A DNA stretch of 64,000 bases from Blastocladiella emersonii ATCC 22665 (lineage: Eukaryota > Fungi > Blastocladiomycota). Made by a program: the position numbers and the translations under genes. Position 1 is the stretch's first letter. The number at the start of each line of letters is the position of its first letter. Where the stretch lies: positions 682,001 to 746,000 of the forward strand of contig JANHCV010000010.1 of assembly GCA_025594325.1 (NCBI GenBank). The letters are read 5' to 3'. A model generated the notes under the pieces. The model had not been told where the DNA came from. It made no database searches and was given only the letters and a program-made list of their open reading frames with translations. This document shows positions 59,018 to 64,000 of the stretch, in pieces.

Positions 59018-59536
59018 TTACGCGTACTGCTCGATGCCATCGATAGCTACCCACTTGCCTTCCTCGCGGCGCAGGCTCAGGACTGCGGCGACGGCAGCGA
59101 GCGGCATCGGGCCGTAGATGTGGGGAAAGTCGCCGTCGCGGGGCCCTGCGCTCGCCTTGGCGGGTGCGGAGCCGGGAGGCACGACGGCGGGCTCCCAGAC
59201 GAGGTCGACGGCATCAGTAGCCTTGGCGACACCGTCGTCGAGGTACCGGCGCGGTCCGCCGGCCACATCAGCCGTGGCGACGCGGAGCCCGGGGTGCGCC
59301 GTGTCGAGGACCAGGACCGAGACTGCCGGGAAGCTCGACAGGTACAGGTTTGCCGTCGACAGCGCCTGCGCGACCGACGAGCAGTGGATGAAGCCCTCGG
59401 CCGCGAGCGACTCGGGCGAGTACGTGGTGCGGTCGGCGGCGTCGAGGCGGGCGCCGCCGGCCAGGGCCGCGGGCACGGCCACCGTGGGCAGGAGGTGGAC
59501 AACGTAGCGAGGCGCCGTCATACTCGCGAGATACAT
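59018..59536 (-). CDS. DUF952 family protein
   Basis: YSPESLAAEGFIHCSS..ANLY..VLVLD..FPHIYGPMPLAAV; intronless. Confidence 0.8.
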   Translation of the reverse strand: MYLASMTAPRYVVHLLPTVAVPAALAGGARLDAADRTTYSPESLAAEGFIHCSSVAQALSTANLYLSSFPAVSVLVLDTAHPGLRVATADVAGGPRRYLDDGVAKATDAVDLVWEPAVVPPGSAPAKASAGPRDGDFPHIYGPMPLAAVAAVLSLRREEGKWVAIDGIEQYA

Positions 59537-59675
59537 TCAGGTTGGTTGAGGGAGAGAGGAGACGAGCTGCGAGGTCGACGCTCCGTCAAGTCGGCCGAGT
59601 CGGCTTCGAACGCCGATCTGCGCACCGGCACTCCATGAAAACACTTTGAAGAATCGAGCGACTTGCTGCAACATC

Positions 59676-60895
59676 ATGTCATCGTCCCCCGCTGCCGTAC
59701 TGGCGCGGTTGCCCAAGGTCAAGGACATCATTCGGTGAGAGTTGCTCGCGGGAGCCGAGCCACCATCAACACCAGCGGATGCGCGACTGACCACCACCGT
59801 ACCGTGCCTCAGAATCTACGGCCTCACTGCCAAGTCTCAGCTATCACAAAACTTTATCCTCGACCAGAACCTCACGGGTACGCGTGCCGACGCACAACCG
59901 CGACGGGTTCGCCGAACTGACCCGCCCGAACGCAGACAAGATCGTGTCCATGGTGCAGCCGCGGCGGCTCAAGCCCGATCTCGGCAACTCGCTCGTTGTC
60001 GAGGTCGGGCCCGGACCTGGCATGTTGACGCGCTCGCTCATTCGCGCCGGCGCCAACAAGGTCATTGCAATTGAGAAGGACTCGCGGTTTTTGCCACTTC
60101 TTGGCGTACGGATGCCCGCATCGCTCGCGCACCCTCTTCGCTGACTGTTCACTCGGTGTGTAGCAACTTACCGACGCAACCGAGGGTAACTTCCAAGTGG
60201 TTCACGGCGACGTGCTCGAGGTGACGGGCGAGTCGCTGATCGAAAAGGCCGTCAAGGAGCTCGACTTCAACCCCGAGACCATGCCGATCCACCTCGTCGG
60301 CAACCTGCCTTTCAACGTCGCCACGCCGTTGCTCTTCAACTGCCTGCACGACCTGGCGTACCGCCGCGGCCTGTTCTCGACGCCCTCGGGCCGCACGGAC
60401 ATGACGCTCATGTTCCAGCGCGAGGTCGGCGAGCGCATCACGGCGCCACCACGGTCGCCCGCACGCTCGCGCATCTCGGTCATGTCGCAGGTCGTCGCGG
60501 GCGTCGACCTGTCCATGATCGTCCCCGCCTCGGTGTTCGTCCCGCGGCCCAAGGTCGACGCCGCCGTCGTGCACTTCACGCCGCGCCCGCCGCTCCCCGA
60601 GGGCCTCGACTATGTCGTCCTCGAGGCGCTGCTCCGCCAGACCTTCACCCAGCGGCGCAAGACGATCCGCAACAACCTCGCCAACTTCCACGACGCGGCC
60701 GTCGTCACCGAGATGCTTGAGCGCGCCCAGATCAACCCCAACATGCGCGCGCAGGACCTCACGATCGAGGACCACTGCCGCCTTGCTGTAGTCGCGGCAC
60801 AGTTCCAGGTGCTCGGCGCCGAGATCCACTCCAAGAAGCAAGACCGCATCGACAAGCGGCGAGAGCAGGAGATTGCTGCCGATGAAGACCTCTGA
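59676..60895 (+). CDS. TFB1M: KsgA/Dim1-family rRNA adenine dimethyltransferase, TFB1M-like, multi-exon
   Basis: LPKVKDIIR|[60 protein letters not shown]. Confidence 0.85.
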
Positions 60896-60942
60896 ATAGA
60901 CCGCCGTTGCTCAGACCCTCCCTCTCCGCCGCTACCACTGCT

Positions 60943-62493
60943 ATGCAAGCCAATGAACTAAATCCGACACTACTTGCTGCAATGGACGGCGACGCGATCG
61001 CACAGACGGTGCTCGACCGGTTTGACCGGATCGGGTACCGGCCAGCTCACCCGCCCGGGAGCAAGCGGCGGGATTGGACGTGCGTCGCTGGCATCGTCGC
61101 CGAGGTCGCCGGTCCGCTGCAGGGTCGCATGGTCTTCATGAGTCTCTCGCTGAACTTAAAGCACACTTAGGGCAGCCGTTGACTTGCGTCGCGATCGGGA
61201 CGGGACTCAAGTGCCTCAACCGCGACTCGGCGTCGTGCGAGACGGTCAACGACAGCCACGCCGAGGTGCTCTGCCGCCGCGCATTCCGGCGGTACGTTGT
61301 CAATCGCCCGCACAGTCTCCATGGCTCGAACTGACGACTCGCTTGTGGCTAGCTTCTTGCTTGAGCAGGTCGACCTGTTGGCCAGCGGGAAACCAGCGAA
61401 GTGGTGCCAGATCCTCGAGCCCGTCTCAAGCGAGCAGGCTGACGAGCCGAAGCGGTTTCGCATCCGCTCCGACGTGCGGCTGCACATGTACATCTCGCAG
61501 GCACCCTGTTTGTGGCTTTCACGACGATGCTGCGCGTCAGCCACTGACCCCAAGACTACTATGTAGGCGGTGACGGGAGCCTCGAGTCGCTCGCCGACCA
61601 CGTCCGCGAGCAAGGCTCAGTCGATGCTGTCAGCGAAGCGAACCGCACCGAGCACAAGCGCGCGCTGATCCACGCCGCTGCGGCCGAAGGCGGCAGCGCC
61701 GGCCTCGTGCGCGGACGCAACGGCTTTGACATGGTCGGCGTGCTGCGTACCAAACCCGGCCGTAACGACGCGGTCCCGACGTGCTCGCACAGCTGCAGTG
61801 ACAAGCTCGCGCAGTGGCAGTGCGTCGGGCTGCAGGGCGCGCTGCTGAGCATTCTGATCCCCGACCCGATCGTGCTCGCGTCCGTCGTCGTTGGCGACCT
61901 GTTCAACCCGACGGCCCTCGAGCGCGCGCTCGTTCACCGCGTCGCTGATCACATCGTCCAGGTGCCCGCCATCGTGTCGACGCGCGTTGCGTTCGCGTAC
62001 TCGCAGCAATGGTTGCAGTCGACCGAGTCGGTTCCTGTCGTGTCAGCTCCACACTGTGCGAGCATCTTCGCGGCTTCCTCGCATCGTGGACTCACCTCGT
62101 GGTCGTTTAGCCGTCGCATGGTGGTTGGGGAGCGACAAGGGTGCCGAGAACACGGTCAACGGGCGCAAGCAGGGCGCCGCTCCCGGCAAGGACGGCACGT
62201 TTGCGGCCAAGACGCGGAGCGAGCTGAGCATGCCCGTGTGGTTTGCGCGCTGGCTCGAGGTAGCGGCCAAGGCTAGGCACGACACATCGACGTGGTGCGT
62301 TGTTCATCCGATGAGGGACCATGTCGACGGGATCTCGCTGATCCCGTCGCGGTGTAGGTCGCGATACTCCGACGCCAAGCTCGCGGCGGTGCAGTATCAG
62401 GCAGCCAAGGCCCACCTGCGCCGCGAGAGCCCCGTCTTCGTCCACTGGGGCGGCAACAGGGCGTCACTCGACGACTTTTCGATAACGCAATAG
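60943..62493 (+). CDS. TAD1: tRNA-specific adenosine deaminase 1 (ADAT1/Tad1), multi-exon
   Basis: IGTGLKC, VNDSHAEVLCRR, LHMYISQAPC|GD, GVLRTKPGR, SCSDKLAQWQCVGLQGALLS; start may instead be the ATG at 60982. Confidence 0.85.
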
Positions 62494-62642
62494 AACCTTG
62501 CAGCAGAGAATGTGGACTTTGGAAGCATCAGCGCGCCCATCACGAGGGCGTGATGTGGCGGGGGTGGCGCGATTCGGGTGCCTTGCCTTGACCGCACTGC
62601 TTCGCCACAGCCGGCCCTCTCTCCCCTTGCCAACCCTTGCAC

Positions 62643-64000
62643 ATGAAAACAATGAATAAACCACCGCTGCTACTATCATCCCTGCCCGAGCACGCCATCG
62701 CACTGATCGTCGCGCTGAGCACGCCGTCGGCCAAGCGGCTGCTCGCCTCCCGCGTCCTCGCCGACGCCGCCACGACCAGCCGTCTCCTGCTCCCACTCGT
62801 CTGGTTCAACCGTGTCGGCGAGGCACTAGGCGACCTGCTCGTTGACGCCGCGCCCGACAAACTGCTCGACGTGAGCCGGATCCCCGAGTGGTCGACGCCG
62901 CTCGCGCGGTGTGCCTGTGCCTCGATCGCACTGCGCGGCCGCTCCGACGCACCGCCGCGCCCGCCCCTCAACGGCGACATGTTCCACGCGCTGCTCCGCT
63001 CGTTCCTGCGCACCAGCAAGTCGAAGGCGTCGCTCGTCGAGCGCCAGCGCAAGCTGCTCGCCAAGGTGGCGCTCATGGAGCCCGACGACCGCGAGAGCAG
63101 CAACGAGGACGACGTGCCCGAGCCCGCCGCGAGTCTCGACGGTGCGGCGCCCCGCCCAACGGGCGCCGTGACGGGCTTCTTCACCGACGGTCTCGTGCTC
63201 GCGCTGTACCTCGAGGCGGTCGGCAACATGGCCGATCTCGACTCGGCGCTCGCCGCCATGGTGCGCAAGCTGCCCACTCTCGCTCTCGAGGGGAGAGCCC
63301 CGCTCAAGCGCATGCTCGAGTGGATCCCCGACCACACGCCCGAGGTCGCCAGGGACCTGGCCGACTTGCGCGAGGACCTCGAGGACCTCGAGGGCGACGA
63401 CTCGGACGACGACGCAGCCGAAGTGGAGGAACTCGCACTGGGACCACCGGCGGTGATCATTCAGAACGCGGGCGTGAACGTGTGCGTCGACTTTCTCTCG
63501 CTCGTCGCCATCTCGGCGGCCGTGCACATGAACCTGCCCGCGCTCGAGGCCGTCGCCAAGCGTCACCCTCGCTTCGATGCCGTCGTTTTGCGGGTTCTCG
63601 AGTTCGAGTGCGTGTACGCGTGCTTCCTCACCCACATCAGCATGCACCCGCTCGAGCAGACCATGGGCGTGCTCGACTGGCTTCGCGGGCGCGGCTGGGA
63701 CCCGCGCGGTGATCTCCCAATCAACGACCACGGCCACGGGCCGCCGCACTACTCGTACGTGATCAGCTACTACCTCGACCCGCTGCGCTCCGACGGGGCG
63801 GCCCTCGTGCGCGTGTTCGAGACGTACGACCGCGACCGCGACCGACTCGCTCCGCTTTTGGGGGATGGGCAGCGGCACCTGTTCTGCACCGCGCTCGCCG
63901 AGTGGGTCGAGCAGGGCCAGGTCGCGGCGGTCATCAAGGTCGCGCGCGCGTGGCCGTGGCTGCTCACGCCTCCGTACTGGGCGCCGCTCGTGACGCGCGC
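62643..64000 (+). CDS. Hypothetical F-box-like protein, partial (runs off the window); distant relative of the 26821-29048 family
   Basis: Stop-free frame from ATG 62643 to the window end; LSSLPEHAIALIVALSTPSAKRLLASR resembles LASLSRELLAKVVELAAPRARVVLASR. Confidence 0.65.
   Translation, partial: MKTMNKPPLLLSSLPEHAIALIVALSTPSAKRLLASRVLADAATTSRLLLPLVWFNRVGEALGDLLVDAAPDKLLDVSRIPEWSTPLARCACASIALRGRSDAPPRPPLNGDMFHALLRSFLRTSKSKASLVERQRKLLAKVALMEPDDRESSNEDDVPEPAASLDGAAPRPTGAVTGFFTDGLVLALYLEAVGNMADLDSALAAMVRKLPTLALEGRAPLKRMLEWIPDHTPEVARDLADLREDLEDLEGDDSDDDAAEVEELALGPPAVIIQNAGVNVCVDFLSLVAISAAVHMNLPALEAVAKRHPRFDAVVLRVLEFECVYACFLTHISMHPLEQTMGVLDWLRGRGWDPRGDLPINDHGHGPPHYSYVISYYLDPLRSDGAALVRVFETYDRDRDRLAPLLGDGQRHLFCTALAEWVEQGQVAAVIKVARAWPWLLTPPYWAPLVTR

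Noticed and set aside
1-64000. tRNA, rRNA or structured ncRNA genes
   Set aside because: None recognised by eye; tRNAscan-SE/Infernal would be needed to exclude them

Overview
GC-rich eukaryotic genomic DNA with short GTACG...YAG introns. Flagellar/centriolar genes (NME5 with Dpy-30, TEX9, CCDC92/74-like) plus a Slo-type K+ channel suggest a zoosporic fungus (Blastocladiomycota/chytrid-like; inference). Compact core blocks (about 8.4-25 kb, 29.2-40.8 kb and 59-64 kb) hold mostly recognisable genes: DnaJ, DEDDy exonuclease, TEX9, CCDC6, F-box, Mpv17, NME5, BRCT protein, Slo2-like channel, eRF1, dienelactone hydrolase, PP28, DUF952, TFB1M and Tad1. Three accessory zones (1-8.2 kb, 25-29 kb, 40.9-58.9 kb) are visibly less GC-rich. 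The largest is a minus-strand tandem array of eight paralogous loci encoding an F-box-like N-terminal module plus ankyrin-like repeats, in all stages of birth and death, with a divergent LRR gene that carries a similar N-terminus. One array member is split by a 5.8-kb non-canonical Helitron (Helitron2/Helentron-type ends, 45236-51031). Removing the element restores the reading frame, and its RepHel gene shows CpG-to-TpG decay at catalytic motifs. Also present: a TA-flanked MITE, nested inverted repeats, a second orphan F-box-like family (three or four members), shared upstream motifs, and an eRF1 with substitutions in its stop-decoding motifs. All family assignments come from motif recognition by eye; no database search was run.
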